NCBI RefSeq assembly: GCF_035701725.1 | Contig: NZ_DASSRP010000254.1 | Coordinates: 10,909 to 74,908, forward strand | Source: Bradyrhizobium sp. | GTDB lineage: Bacteria; Pseudomonadota; Alphaproteobacteria; Rhizobiales; Xanthobacteraceae | Direction of reading: 5' to 3' | DNA length: 64,000 nt | Shown here: in pieces, positions 38,166 through 48,787 of the stretch | Position numbering within the stretch: the first letter of the stretch is position 1 | Layout: each line of letters begins with the position of its first letter | Program-made: the position numbers and the translations under genes | The notes under the pieces: generated by a model | The model's input: the letters and a program-made list of their open reading frames with translations, nothing else | Told to the model about the DNA's origin: nothing | Databases searched by the model: none

Positions 38166-39621
38166 GCTGATCCGAACCACGGCGTTCCGCCTGACGCTGT
38201 TTTATCTGTTCTTGTTCGCGTTGTTCGCGGCATCGTTGCTGGCGTTCTTCGCCTGGAACACACGCCACCTGATCACCGAGCAGATTACCGCCACGGTAAA
38301 CGCGGAAACCGGTGAGGTCAGCGATATCTTCAGCCGTCGTGGCCTGCGTGGGCTGGTTCTCACCATTGAAAATCGCGCTCTGCGCCCCGGGGCCAATCTC
38401 TATCTCGTGACGACGCCTGCGGGGCAGGCGGTCGCCGGCAATGTCGGATCGCTTTCCCCGGGGGTCATGGGTACGATCGGATGGTCTGAAACCGCCTATC
38501 GCCGGCTCGACGATCAGGACAACGCCAATCATTTTGCGCTGGTGAAGGTCACCGAACTTTCCAGCGGCTTTCGCCTTCTGATCGGACGCGATCTCGAAGA
38601 GCGGCGCCGGATGATCGGCATCGTCGCCAAAGCCGCGCAGTTCTCGTTGCTGGTCGTGGTCGTGCTTGGACTTGGCGGCGGCATTTTCGTCGCCCGGCGG
38701 GTGCTGGCGCGGATCGATGCCATGACCGGCACAACCGAACGCATCATGGCGGGCGATCTGAGCGGCCGTCTTCCGGTTGGACGCAGCGGCGATGAACTCG
38801 ATCGTCTTGCGAAGAATCTCAATGCCATGCTGGAGCGCATCGAGGCATTGATGATGGGGTTGAAGGAAGTTTCCGACAACATCGCCCACGATCTGAAAAC
38901 GCCGCTGACGCGTCTTCGCAACCGTGCCGAGGACGCGCTGGCGAAATCGAGAACCGAGCCCGAATATCGCGCCGCGCTCGAGCGCACCATCGAGGAGTCG
39001 GACGGGCTGATCCGCACCTTCAATGCGCTCTTGATGATTGCCCGCGCCGAGTCCGGACAAGCTCGCGGCAATATGGATGACTTCGACGCCGCCGAGGTCG
39101 CGCGAGGCATTCACGAACTTTACGAGCCGCTCGCCGAAGACGATGGCATGACGCTGCACGTGAAAGCCGAACCGGCACCGATTCATGGCAATCGTGAGTT
39201 GATCAGTCAGGCGCTCGCCAATCTGGTCGAGAATGCCATCAAATATGGCAAGCCGATCGTTGCCACATTGCCGACGGGGGCGGGTGCGGGGCTGGAAGCC
39301 GATCCCAAGCAGATCCTGATCGAGGCCCGGCGTGTCGGCGATCAGGTTCTGTTGAGCGTCACCGACCACGGTCCGGGCATTCCGGTCGGCGACCGCAAGC
39401 ACGCGGTCGAGCGATTTGTGCGGTTGGAGGCCAGCCGGACCCAGCCGGGTTCCGGCCTCGGCTTGAGCCTGGCATCGGCCGTGGCGACGCTACATGGCGG
39501 CGATCTCAGGCTCGACGACGCCCATCCAGGGTTGATCGCAACGCTGGCCATTCCGGCCCGGTCAGGGTCGAGCGATAGGCTTGCGGCTCAAACGGCGGAT
39601 GTGCCACAGAAAGCGGCATGA
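38149..39621 (+). CDS. HAMP sensor histidine kinase, cognate of the preceding regulator
   Basis: 2 TM, HAMP, DNIAHDLKTPL, NLVENAIKY, DHGPG, GSGLGL. Confidence 0.93.
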   Translation: MTAFGKLIRTTAFRLTLFYLFLFALFAASLLAFFAWNTRHLITEQITATVNAETGEVSDIFSRRGLRGLVLTIENRALRPGANLYLVTTPAGQAVAGNVGSLSPGVMGTIGWSETAYRRLDDQDNANHFALVKVTELSSGFRLLIGRDLEERRRMIGIVAKAAQFSLLVVVVLGLGGGIFVARRVLARIDAMTGTTERIMAGDLSGRLPVGRSGDELDRLAKNLNAMLERIEALMMGLKEVSDNIAHDLKTPLTRLRNRAEDALAKSRTEPEYRAALERTIEESDGLIRTFNALLMIARAESGQARGNMDDFDAAEVARGIHELYEPLAEDDGMTLHVKAEPAPIHGNRELISQALANLVENAIKYGKPIVATLPTGAGAGLEADPKQILIEARRVGDQVLLSVTDHGPGIPVGDRKHAVERFVRLEASRTQPGSGLGLSLASAVATLHGGDLRLDDAHPGLIATLAIPARSGSSDRLAAQTADVPQKAA

Positions 39622-39690
39622 ATCGGGTTAGAAAAGCCGGCCCGTGCGCATCGATTTGACACCGGTAGTCCGTCTGGATCGACATTCCCC

Positions 39691-42663
39691 ATGACCGTTC
39701 CCGGAATCCGTGATGCGGATGTCGAGTCCATGTCGCTGGCCGCGCGTTTCGCCGCCGGGCCGCTGTTGTCTGTGCCCGAAACGGCCGAGCAGCGTCTCGA
39801 GGCGTGGCGATCCGACCTCACCAGCGCCATCAGCGCCGAATTTGCGGGTCTGTTCGCACGATTTCCGCTGGCCAGGAGCATTTTCGCCGGCCTCGCCGAA
39901 GCCTCGCCCTATCTGTTCGACCTGCTTCGCGCCGACGCCTCGCGCGCGCTTCGCGTCTTGCAACGCGAGCCCGAACGGCATCTGACGCAACTGACCGAGG
40001 AATGCCGCCGAAAGGTGTGGGGTGCCTCGAGCGAAGCGGAAGCGATGCAGATTTTGCGGACGACCAAGGCCGAGGCCGCTCTGTTGATTGCGCTTTGCGA
40101 CATCGGCGGCGTCTGGCCGGTCATGCAGGTCACGCGCGCATTGACCGATCTCGCCGTTACTTGTGTGCAATCGGCCTTGCACTTCCTGCTGCAGCAGGAA
40201 ACCACGCGGGGAAGGATGCTGCCGTCCGATCCGGAGCATCCGGAGCAGGGCAGCGGCCTCGTGGTGCTGGCGATGGGCAAGATGGGCGCGGGGGAGCTGA
40301 ATTTCTCCAGCGACATCGACCTGATCGTTTTTTACGACGCTGAATCCAATTCGCTCGCCCCGGATATCGAGCCGCAGCAGTTCTTCGTCCGTGTGGCGCA
40401 GGGGCTGTCGCGCATGTTGCAGCAGCGTAGCGGTGAAGGCTATGTCTTCCGGGTCGATCTGCGACTGCGTCCCGATCCGGCCTCGACACCGCTGGCGATC
40501 TCGATCCGCTCCGCGCTGCATTATTATGAGCGCGAGGGCCGCACCTGGGAGCGCGCGGCCATGATCAAGGCGCGGCCTTGCGCCGGCGATTCGCAGGCCG
40601 GCGAAGCGCTGATGGCGGAACTCTCGCCCTTCGTCTGGCGCAAGCATCTGGACTTTGCCGCGCTCTCCGACGTCCACGACATGAAGCGCCAGATGCAGAC
40701 CTTTCGCGGTCAAAGCGACATTGCGGTCGAAGGGCACAACGTCAAGGTCGGGCGCGGCGGGATTCGCGAGATCGAGTTTTTTGCGCAGACGCAGCAGTTG
40801 ATCACCGGCGGCCGCCATCCCGAACTGCGGGTGCGTCCGACGCTGGAGGCGCTCGATCGCCTCGCCACCAGCAACTGGATCACCTATGAGGCGCGCAACC
40901 AACTCACCGCTGCGTACGAATTCCTGCGGCGGGTCGAACACCGCCTGCAAATGGTTGCCGACGAACAGACCCATACGCTGCCGGACGATCCTCAAGCTGT
41001 CGAGCAATTTGCGCGGTTTTTCGGCTATCAGAGCCGCGCCTCGTTCGCACACGACCTGCTCGGGCACCTCACGATCGTCCAGGGGCATTACGCCAAGCTG
41101 TTCGAGGGCGATCCGGCCGGGACGGCCAAGTTGCCCGAGATCGATTACGGGGGAGGGCCGGACGACCCGCGCCTGACCGAACATCTGGCCTCGCTCGGCT
41201 TCAAGAAGCCGGTCGCCGTCGCCGGAACGGTACGGCAGTGGCTCGATGGCGACTATCGCGTATTCCGCAGCGAAGCCACCCGCAATTCCTTTGTCGAGTT
41301 CTTGCCGTCGCTGATCAGCGGCCTTGCCAATGCCGAAGATCCTGACAACGCCATCGTCGTCTTCGACCGCTTTCTCCAGGCCCTGCAGCGCGGCGGCAGG
41401 CTGTTCGTCCTGCTCAGTCAGAATCGCGATCTGGTGGCGCTGGTGGCCCTGATCCTGGGCGCGGCGCCACGGCTCGGCGATATGCTGGCGCGGCAGCCGC
41501 AGATCATGGATGGCCTGATCGACCCGCGCTTCTTCGGCGCGATGCCCGACAAGACCGAGTTGTCTGCGCGTCTTGCGGCGACATTGGAAGATGCCGGTTC
41601 TTACGAGGAGTTTCTCGACCGCCTTCGCCTGTTCGGCCGCGAGAGCCTGTTCTTGATCGGTACACGGATCCTGTCGGGTACCGTCTCGGCGCAGCACGCC
41701 GGCGTCGCCTTCGCCGACGTCGCGGAGGGCATCGTGCACACCGTGCATGGTCTCGTGACCGAGCAGTTCGCGGCACAGTACGGCCGGATCAAGGGGCAGG
41801 AAACCGCAATCCTGGCAATGGGCCGGCTCGGCAGCCGCGAGATGACGGCGGCCTCCGATCTCGATCTGATCCTGCTCTATGACTTCGATTCCGAGCATCC
41901 GGATTCCGATGGCGCCAAATCCCTGCATGGTGCGCAATACTTTGCGCGCTTCACGCAGCGACTGATCAGCGCCTTCACGACCCGCACCAATTACGGCGTG
42001 CTTTACGAAATCGATATGCGGTTGCGGCCCTCGGGACGTGCTGGTCCCGTGGCGTCCCATGTCGATGCGTTCGCCGAGTATCAGGAAAAGGAAGCCTGGA
42101 CCTGGGAGCACATGGCGCTGACCCGGGCGCGGGTGATTTCAGCCTCTCCGCAATTCCGCGACAGGATCGAACGCGTCATTCGCGAGGTCCTGACCCGCCC
42201 GCGCGACGGCGCCGGCGTTGCGATCGACGTGGCCGACATGCGCCGCGCCATCGCGCTCGAGAAGGGCGAAAGCGACGTCTGGGACCTCAAGCACGTCGCC
42301 GGCGGGCTCGTCGATATCGATTTCATCGCCCAGTATCTGCAGCTCGCCTGCGCGGCCGAAAAATCGGAGATTCTTAACGTCAATACGCTGGAGGTGCTCG
42401 ATAGAGCCGGGCGTCTTGGCGTATTGCCGGCTGCGTCAGTGGAAATTCTGCGGTCGGCCGCTTTGCTTTATCACGATCTGACGCAAATCCTGCGGCTATG
42501 CGTGAGCGATAAATTCGATCCGGAAACCGCCGGCCAGGACCTGCTCCGCATCATGGCCCGGGCGGGCGACGCGCCGGACTTCTCCTCGCTTCAGGCGCGC
42601 GTCAAGGAGACCGAGGCCGAAGTGCGGCGGGTGTTTCGCGCAATTCTGGAAGAACGCAGCTAG
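39691..42663 (+). CDS. glnE: Bifunctional glutamine synthetase adenylyltransferase/adenylyl-removing enzyme
   Basis: Two NT domains: MGKMGAGELNFSSDIDL and MGRLGSREMTAASDLDL; VDLRLRP/IDMRLRP; WERAAM/WEHMAL. Confidence 0.96.
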   Translation: MTVPGIRDADVESMSLAARFAAGPLLSVPETAEQRLEAWRSDLTSAISAEFAGLFARFPLARSIFAGLAEASPYLFDLLRADASRALRVLQREPERHLTQLTEECRRKVWGASSEAEAMQILRTTKAEAALLIALCDIGGVWPVMQVTRALTDLAVTCVQSALHFLLQQETTRGRMLPSDPEHPEQGSGLVVLAMGKMGAGELNFSSDIDLIVFYDAESNSLAPDIEPQQFFVRVAQGLSRMLQQRSGEGYVFRVDLRLRPDPASTPLAISIRSALHYYEREGRTWERAAMIKARPCAGDSQAGEALMAELSPFVWRKHLDFAALSDVHDMKRQMQTFRGQSDIAVEGHNVKVGRGGIREIEFFAQTQQLITGGRHPELRVRPTLEALDRLATSNWITYEARNQLTAAYEFLRRVEHRLQMVADEQTHTLPDDPQAVEQFARFFGYQSRASFAHDLLGHLTIVQGHYAKLFEGDPAGTAKLPEIDYGGGPDDPRLTEHLASLGFKKPVAVAGTVRQWLDGDYRVFRSEATRNSFVEFLPSLISGLANAEDPDNAIVVFDRFLQALQRGGRLFVLLSQNRDLVALVALILGAAPRLGDMLARQPQIMDGLIDPRFFGAMPDKTELSARLAATLEDAGSYEEFLDRLRLFGRESLFLIGTRILSGTVSAQHAGVAFADVAEGIVHTVHGLVTEQFAAQYGRIKGQETAILAMGRLGSREMTAASDLDLILLYDFDSEHPDSDGAKSLHGAQYFARFTQRLISAFTTRTNYGVLYEIDMRLRPSGRAGPVASHVDAFAEYQEKEAWTWEHMALTRARVISASPQFRDRIERVIREVLTRPRDGAGVAIDVADMRRAIALEKGESDVWDLKHVAGGLVDIDFIAQYLQLACAAEKSEILNVNTLEVLDRAGRLGVLPAASVEILRSAALLYHDLTQILRLCVSDKFDPETAGQDLLRIMARAGDAPDFSSLQARVKETEAEVRRVFRAILEERS

Positions 42664-42689
42664 CCCGCCGTGCGTCGGCGGCGCCGCGG

Positions 42690-42926
42690 TCAATACGCCT
42701 TGACGCCAGCGGCTTTCAGCGAGGCGATGGCGTCACGGACGTTCGGATCAAGGCCCGCGCCGCCTGCGTCGAGATGCGCAAAGATCACCTTGCGCATCCG
42801 CGGGTCCCAGAACTTCTTGATGTGTTCGGCAACGCCGGCGACTTCCTTGTCGTGCCCCTGGCTCTGGAAAAACTTGCCGATTTGGTTGGCCATATAGACG
42901 AGCCGTTCGGCGGGATCATGCGACAT
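42690..42926 (-). CDS. fdsD: NAD-dependent formate dehydrogenase delta subunit
   Basis: LVYMANQIGKFF, VAEHIKKFWDPRMR; ATG 42926. Confidence 0.92.
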   Translation of the reverse strand: MSHDPAERLVYMANQIGKFFQSQGHDKEVAGVAEHIKKFWDPRMRKVIFAHLDAGGAGLDPNVRDAIASLKAAGVKAY

Positions 42927-43746
42927 GAGCGGTTCCTTGGGTGATCGCCGCTGAGGCGATGCGATCGGGATGGGTGAAAATTTCAAAACCGTCGGATCTC
43001 GCGACGGCGACAAGGGTAATTCCGGCGGCATCGGCCATCTTGACGGCGAGCGCGGTGGGGGCGGAAACGGCGACCATGACGGCCGCGCCGATCGCCGCCG
43101 TCTTCTGCACCATCTCGACCGATACGCGGCTGGTGAGAAGCACCAGTCCGTCGCCTGTCGAAGCCTTGGCATGCGCAAGCGCGCCGGCGAGCTTGTCGAG
43201 GGCGTTGTGACGACCGACATCCTCGCGGAGCGCAACGATGCCGGCGGCCGGTGTCCAGAAGGCCGCGGCATGGACCGCACGGGTCTCGACGTTGATCGGC
43301 TGCAGCGGCGGCATGCTCGCCATCGCGACCATGAGTTCTCGCGGGCTGAACGAGGTCCCCTTGCCGACGACGGCCGTCGGCCGCACGGCTTCGGCGATGG
43401 AATCGATGCCACAGAGTCCGCAGCCGGTCGGGCCGGCGATATGCCGCCGTCGTTCGCCGAGGCGGGCGGCTTTTTCTTCCGCCAGCCACATCCGCAGTTC
43501 CACGCCGTCATCAAGGTCGACGATATCGAGCGAGGAGATTTCGTCCGCCGACTGCACGATCCCTTCGTTGAGGCTGAAGCCGACCGCGAAGTCTTCGAGA
43601 TCTTGCGGCGTTCCCATCATCACGGCGTAGGTGCCGCCGTTGTACGTCAACGCCAGCGCCGTTTCTTCCGGAATCGCACGCAGGCCCTCGCTGAGGCGGT
43701 TGTCCCGCCACGCCAGACGACCCACGGTGCGAACCGGATCGCGCAA
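42916..43746 (-). CDS. fdhD: Formate dehydrogenase sulfurtransferase FdhD/FdsC
   Basis: EETALAL, GFSLNEG, GCGLCG, REDVGRHNALDKLAG, SRVSVEMVQK. Confidence 0.94.
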   Translation of the reverse strand: MRDPVRTVGRLAWRDNRLSEGLRAIPEETALALTYNGGTYAVMMGTPQDLEDFAVGFSLNEGIVQSADEISSLDIVDLDDGVELRMWLAEEKAARLGERRRHIAGPTGCGLCGIDSIAEAVRPTAVVGKGTSFSPRELMVAMASMPPLQPINVETRAVHAAAFWTPAAGIVALREDVGRHNALDKLAGALAHAKASTGDGLVLLTSRVSVEMVQKTAAIGAAVMVAVSAPTALAVKMADAAGITLVAVARSDGFEIFTHPDRIASAAITQGTAHVA

Positions 43747-43749
43747 CGG

Positions 43750-46626
43750 CTACTCCGCAGCTTCCACAACCGGCGCAATACGCCGCGAGTGACGCGCCTG
43801 CTCCTCGTAGGCCTTCTGCCATTCCGACGGACCGTTGGAAGGCGAGATTTGCACCGCCGTGACCTTGTATTCGGGGCAGTTGGTTGCCCAGTCGGAGAAC
43901 TCGGTCGTGATGACGTTGGCCTGAGTGTCCGGATGGTGGAACGTGGTGTACACGACGCCGGGTGCGACGCGATCGGTGATCAGCGCGCGCAGGGTGGTTT
44001 CGCCGGCGCGGCTCGCGAGCCGAACCCAGTCACCGTCACGCACGCCGCGCTGTTCCGCATCGTGCGGGTGGATCTCGAGCCGGTCTTCCGCGTGCCATAC
44101 CACGTTTTCGGTCCGCCGCGTCTGGGCGCCGACATTGTACTGGCTGAGGATGCGTCCGGTGGTCAGCAGCAGCGGGAAGCGCGGTCCGGTCCGCTCGTCG
44201 GTCGGGATGTACTCGGTGAGGACGAACTTGCCCTTGCCACGAACGAAGCCGTTCATGTGCATCACCGGCGTGCCTTCCGGCGCCTTCTCGTTGCAGGGCC
44301 ACTGCACCGAGCCGAGTTCATCGAGCTTGGCGAAGGAAACGCCCGCGAAGGTCGGGGTCAGTGCCGCAATCTCGTCCATGATCTCGGACGGATGATTGTA
44401 GTGCATCTCAAAGCCCATCGCCTTGCCGAGCTGGATCGTCACCTCCCAGTCAGCCAAGCCATTGAGCGGGGTCATCACCTTGCGCACGCGCTGGATGCGG
44501 CGTTCCGCGTTGGTGAAGGTGCCGTCCTTCTCCAGGAAGGTCGAACCCGGCAGGAAGACGTGCGCGTAGTTTGCCGTCTCGTTGAGGAAGAGGTCATGAA
44601 CGATGACGCATTCCATCGACGACAGCGCCGCCACAACATGCTTGGTGTTCGGATCCGATTGCAGGATATCTTCGCCCTGCACGTAGAGACCCTTGAAGGT
44701 GCCTTCGATCGCGGCGTCGAACATGTTGGGAATGCGCAGGCCGGGCTCGGGGTTGAGCTTGACGTTCCAGGCCGCCTCGAACTGTTCGCGCACCGAGTCG
44801 ATCCCGATGTGCCGGTAGCCGGTCAGCTCATGCGGGAATGAACCCATGTCGCAGGAGCCTTGCACGTTGTTCTGGCCGCGCAGCGGGTTCACGCCGACAC
44901 CGGGGCGTCCGATGTTGCCAGTTGCCATCGCGAGGTTGGCGATCGCAATCACCGTCGTCGAGCCCTGGCTGTGTTCGGTGACGCCAAGGCCGTAATAGAT
45001 GGCGCCATTGCCGCCGGTGGCGTAGGTGCGGGCCGCTTCGCGCAACGCCTTCGGATCGACGCCGGTCATGATGGCGGTCGCCTCGGGGCTGTTCTTCGGC
45101 AGCGAAACGAAATCGGCCCACTCCTGGAATTCGTCCCAGTCGCAGCGTTCGCGAACGAACTTCTCGTTGACGAGGCCTTCGGTGACGATGACATGCGCCA
45201 TCGCGGTGAGCACGGCGACATTGGTGCCGGGCAACAGCGGCAGATGCAATGCATCAATGTGCGCCGAGTGCACCATTTCGGTGCGGCGCGGATCGATCAC
45301 GATCAGCTTGGCACCCTGACGAATCCGCTTCTTCAGGCGGGAGGCGAACACCGGGTGGGCAGCCGCCGGGTTGGCGCCGATGATCACGGCGACGTCGGTG
45401 TCCTCGACCGAGTCGAAATCCTGGGTGTCGGCCGAGGTGCCGAAGGTGGTGGCAAGGCCATAGCCGGTCGGCGAGTGGCAGACGCGGGCGCAAGTGTCCA
45501 CGTTGTTATTGCCGAAGCCGGCGCGGACAAGCTTCTGCACCAGGTAGGTTTCCTCGTTGGTGCAGCGCGACGACGTAATGCCGCCGACGGCGTCGCGGCC
45601 GTACTTCTGCTGGATGCCCTTGAACTTGTCGGCGGCGAACTTGAAAGCCTCATCCCACGACACTTCGCGCCAGGGATTGTCGATGCTCTCGCGGATCATC
45701 GGCTTGAGAATACGTTCCTTGTGGGTGGCGTACCCATAGGCGAAGCGGCCCTTGACGCAGGAGTGGCCGCGGTTGGCCTTGCCATCCTTGTACGGCATCA
45801 TCCGGACCACTTCCTCGCCGCGCATTTCCGCCTTGAAGGAGCAGCCGACGCCGCAATAGGCGCAGGTGGTCACGACGGAGTGCTCCGGCTGGCCGATCTC
45901 GATCACGGACTTTTCGGTCAGCGTCGCAGTCGGGCAGGCCTGGACACAGGCGCCGCAGGACACGCATTCGGAGCCGATGAAGGCTTCGTTCATGCCGGGC
46001 GAGACGCGGCTGTCAAAGCCGCGACCGGAGATCGTCAACGCGAAGGTGCCCTGGACTTCCTCGCAGGCGCGCACGCAGCGCGAGCAGACGATGCACTTGG
46101 ACGGATCGTAGGTGAAATAGGGGTTGGATTCGTCCTTCGGCATCCAGGCCGCGTTGGTCTCGCCGTTATTCTTGGCGAAAACGTGATTCTCGCCGTCGTA
46201 ACCGTAGCGTACGTCGCGCAAGCCGACCGCGCCCGCCATGTCCTGCAATTCGCAGTCGCCGTTGGCGGCGCAGGTGAGGCAGTCCAGCGGATGGTCGGAG
46301 ATGTAGAGTTCCATCACGCCCTTGCGCAGCTTCTTCAGCCGCTCGGTCTGGGTATGGACCACAAGGCCGTTCATCGCCGGCGTGGTGCAGGAGGCCGGCG
46401 TTCCGGCGCGGCCTTCGATCTCAACGAGGCACAGCCGGCAAGAGCCGAAGGCGTCGACCATGTCAGTCGCGCACAGTTTCGGGATTTGCGTGCCGGCCTC
46501 CATGGCCGCCCGCATGATCGAGGTGCCCTCCGGCACGGTGATGCTCTGACCATCGATGGTCAGCGTGACCATGGTCTGCGATTTGGAGCGCGGGGTTCCG
46601 AAGTCGGTTTCGTGGATCAGCGACAT
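43750..46626 (-). CDS. fdsA: NAD-dependent Mo-formate dehydrogenase alpha subunit
   Basis: 2Fe-2S and 4Fe-4S Cys clusters, CAYCGVGC, Mo-ligand CARVCH (Cys, not Sec), RGQNNVQG; ATG 46626. Confidence 0.96.
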   Translation of the reverse strand: MSLIHETDFGTPRSKSQTMVTLTIDGQSITVPEGTSIMRAAMEAGTQIPKLCATDMVDAFGSCRLCLVEIEGRAGTPASCTTPAMNGLVVHTQTERLKKLRKGVMELYISDHPLDCLTCAANGDCELQDMAGAVGLRDVRYGYDGENHVFAKNNGETNAAWMPKDESNPYFTYDPSKCIVCSRCVRACEEVQGTFALTISGRGFDSRVSPGMNEAFIGSECVSCGACVQACPTATLTEKSVIEIGQPEHSVVTTCAYCGVGCSFKAEMRGEEVVRMMPYKDGKANRGHSCVKGRFAYGYATHKERILKPMIRESIDNPWREVSWDEAFKFAADKFKGIQQKYGRDAVGGITSSRCTNEETYLVQKLVRAGFGNNNVDTCARVCHSPTGYGLATTFGTSADTQDFDSVEDTDVAVIIGANPAAAHPVFASRLKKRIRQGAKLIVIDPRRTEMVHSAHIDALHLPLLPGTNVAVLTAMAHVIVTEGLVNEKFVRERCDWDEFQEWADFVSLPKNSPEATAIMTGVDPKALREAARTYATGGNGAIYYGLGVTEHSQGSTTVIAIANLAMATGNIGRPGVGVNPLRGQNNVQGSCDMGSFPHELTGYRHIGIDSVREQFEAAWNVKLNPEPGLRIPNMFDAAIEGTFKGLYVQGEDILQSDPNTKHVVAALSSMECVIVHDLFLNETANYAHVFLPGSTFLEKDGTFTNAERRIQRVRKVMTPLNGLADWEVTIQLGKAMGFEMHYNHPSEIMDEIAALTPTFAGVSFAKLDELGSVQWPCNEKAPEGTPVMHMNGFVRGKGKFVLTEYIPTDERTGPRFPLLLTTGRILSQYNVGAQTRRTENVVWHAEDRLEIHPHDAEQRGVRDGDWVRLASRAGETTLRALITDRVAPGVVYTTFHHPDTQANVITTEFSDWATNCPEYKVTAVQISPSNGPSEWQKAYEEQARHSRRIAPVVEAAE

Positions 46627-46643
46627 GGCGATCTCCTTAAAAT

Positions 46644-48200
46644 CTATTCCGCAGCCTGCAGGCTCTTGGGAGCCGGGCCGAAATCTTCCCTGAAGTGTTT
46701 TAGCGCGCTCATGACCGGGTAGGGCGTGAAGCCGCCCAGCGCGCAGAGCGAGCCGAATTTCATGGTGTTGCAGAGGTCTTCGACCACCGCGAGGTTTTGT
46801 TCGACCCGTTCGCCGGAACGGATCTTGTCGATGGTCTCGACGCCGCGGGTCGATCCGATCCGGCAGGGCGTGCACTTGCCGCAGGATTCGATCGCGCAGA
46901 ACTCCATGGCGAAGCGGGCCTGTTTCGCCATGTCGACGGTGTCGTCGAATACCACGACGCCGGCATGGCCGATCAGGCCGTCGCGCGCCGCAAAGGCTTC
47001 GTAGTCGAACGGCGTATCGAACAGCGCGCGCGGGAAGTAGGCGCCCAGGGGACCGCCGACCTGGACCGCGCGCACCGGGCGTCCGGTAAAGGTGCCTCCG
47101 GCGATATCGTCAACGAGTTCGCCAAGGGTAATACCGAAGGCGGTTTCGAACAGGCCGCCAAACTTGACGTTGCCCGCCAACTGGATCGGCATCGTGCCGC
47201 GGGAGCGGCCCATGCCGAAGTCGGCATAGGCTTTTGCGCCGCCGGCGAGAATGAAGGGGATCGCCGCGAACGACAGCACGTTGTTGATCACGGTCGGTTT
47301 GCCGAACAGGCCCTTGTGCGCCGGCAGCGGCGGCTTGGCGCGGACGATGCCGCGGCGGCCTTCGAGACTTTCGAGCAGAGAGGTTTCCTCGCCGCAGACA
47401 TAGGCGCCCGCGCCGACGCGCACTTCAAGGTCGAAGGCGTGCTTTGAGCCGCAGACGTTCGAACCCAGATAGCCTGCGCGCCGCCCGACCGCGATCGCGG
47501 CGCTCATCGCCTCGATCGCGTGCGGATATTCCGAGCGAATGTAGATGTAGCCTTTGGTGGCGCCGACGGCGACGCCGGCAATGGTCATGCCTTCGATCAC
47601 CAGGAAGGGATCGCCCTCCATGATCATGCGGTCGGCGAAGGTGCCGCTGTCGCCTTCGTCGGCGTTGCAGACGATGTACTTCTGATTGGCGCTGGTTTGC
47701 GCCACGGTTTTCCATTTGATGCCAGTCGGAAAACCCGCGCCGCCGCGGCCGCGCAGTCCCGAGGCGGTGACGTCGGCGAGAATGGCGTCGGACGTCAGCG
47801 TCAGCGCGCGCTCGAGCCCCTTGTAACCGTCATGGGCGCGATAGTCGTCGACCGAACGCGGATCGATGATGCCGCAGCGCGCGAAGGTGAGGCGGGTCTG
47901 CCGCTTCAACCACGGAATTTCCTCGGTGAGGCCTTGGCAGAGCGTGTGCTGGCCATCAGCCAGGATCGCGTCCAGCACGGAGGCGGCGTCGGCTTCCTTC
48001 ACCGGTCCAAAGGCAACCCGCCCCTTTGGCGTGGCAACCTCGACCATCGGTTCCAGCCAATAGAGGCCGCGCGAGCCGGTGCGGACGATTTCGATTTGTG
48101 CATTGCGCTTGGTGGCGGCCTGTTCCAGCGCCGCCACGGTTTCCTCGGCGCCAACGGCAACGGCGCCGGCATCGCGTGGAACGAAGATACGTAGTGTCAT
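46644..48200 (-). CDS. fdsB: Formate dehydrogenase beta subunit (NuoF-like)
   Basis: GLRGRGGAGFPTG, NADEGDSG, YVCGEET, ESCGKCTPCRIG. Confidence 0.95.
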   Translation of the reverse strand: MTLRIFVPRDAGAVAVGAEETVAALEQAATKRNAQIEIVRTGSRGLYWLEPMVEVATPKGRVAFGPVKEADAASVLDAILADGQHTLCQGLTEEIPWLKRQTRLTFARCGIIDPRSVDDYRAHDGYKGLERALTLTSDAILADVTASGLRGRGGAGFPTGIKWKTVAQTSANQKYIVCNADEGDSGTFADRMIMEGDPFLVIEGMTIAGVAVGATKGYIYIRSEYPHAIEAMSAAIAVGRRAGYLGSNVCGSKHAFDLEVRVGAGAYVCGEETSLLESLEGRRGIVRAKPPLPAHKGLFGKPTVINNVLSFAAIPFILAGGAKAYADFGMGRSRGTMPIQLAGNVKFGGLFETAFGITLGELVDDIAGGTFTGRPVRAVQVGGPLGAYFPRALFDTPFDYEAFAARDGLIGHAGVVVFDDTVDMAKQARFAMEFCAIESCGKCTPCRIGSTRGVETIDKIRSGERVEQNLAVVEDLCNTMKFGSLCALGGFTPYPVMSALKHFREDFGPAPKSLQAAE

Positions 48201-48670
48201 CGCTGGGCCTCCGCGATCAGCGCGTCGATGCGTGCTTCATCCAGCATGCCGACAACGCGGCCATCAAGCATCGCCGAGGGGGCTGTGGCACAAAGCCCGA
48301 GACAGTAGATCGGTTCCAGCGTCACGCGCTCGTCCGGCGTGGTGTTGCCGATCTTCACCCCGAGCTTGGCTTCGGCCCGCGCCGCGACCGCATCGCCGCC
48401 GGCCGCCTGGCAGGCCTCGGCGCGGCACAATTTCAGCACATGCTTGCCAGCCGGCTTGCGGCGAAAATCATGGTAGAATGTGAAGACGCCATGCACCTCG
48501 GCGCGTGACAAATTCAGTGCCTCCGCGATCATGGGAACGGCTGGTTCCGGCACGTAGCCGAACGCCTCTTGCAGTGCGTGGAGGATCACCAGCGTCGCAC
48601 CTTCCAAGTGGGTGTGCTCCGCTATGATTTCAGCCCCGCGCTTTTCGTCCCATGGTTCGTAGATGGACAT
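48197..48670 (-). CDS. fdsG: Formate dehydrogenase gamma subunit (NuoE-like)
   Basis: LHALQEAFGYVP, CRAEAC, CLGLC 2Fe-2S ligands. Confidence 0.95.
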   Translation of the reverse strand: MSIYEPWDEKRGAEIIAEHTHLEGATLVILHALQEAFGYVPEPAVPMIAEALNLSRAEVHGVFTFYHDFRRKPAGKHVLKLCRAEACQAAGGDAVAARAEAKLGVKIGNTTPDERVTLEPIYCLGLCATAPSAMLDGRVVGMLDEARIDALIAEAQR

Positions 48671-48734
48671 GATCTGCCTTCTCTGTCAGTAGTTTATCAC
48701 CGACTACTCAAAGACGGAATCATTCTAAGAATCA

Positions 48735-48787
48735 ATAAAGCTGTCCCATGCTGCAATAGCGAAAGGCAATCGATAGGGAAGTGATAT
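48735..48787. promoter_or_regulatory. Three tandem LysR-type T-N11-A boxes between fdsG and its regulator
   Basis: ATAAAGCTGTCCCAT (48735-49), ATAGCGAAAGGCAAT (48756-70), ATAGGGAAGTGATAT (48773-87). Confidence 0.45.

Noticed and set aside
39628-42111. 827-aa ORF antisense to glnE
   Set aside because: No motifs; long antisense frames are expected opposite GC3-biased genes.
42970-46722. 623-aa and 620-aa plus-strand ORFs opposite fdhD/fdsA
   Set aside because: Shadow ORFs in the codon-complementary frame; no domain signal, while the minus-strand genes are unambiguous.
48708-48730. Half-match to the Irr iron-control element (GGAATCATTCTAA) upstream of fdsG
   Set aside because: Left half-site lacks the TTT; too degenerate.
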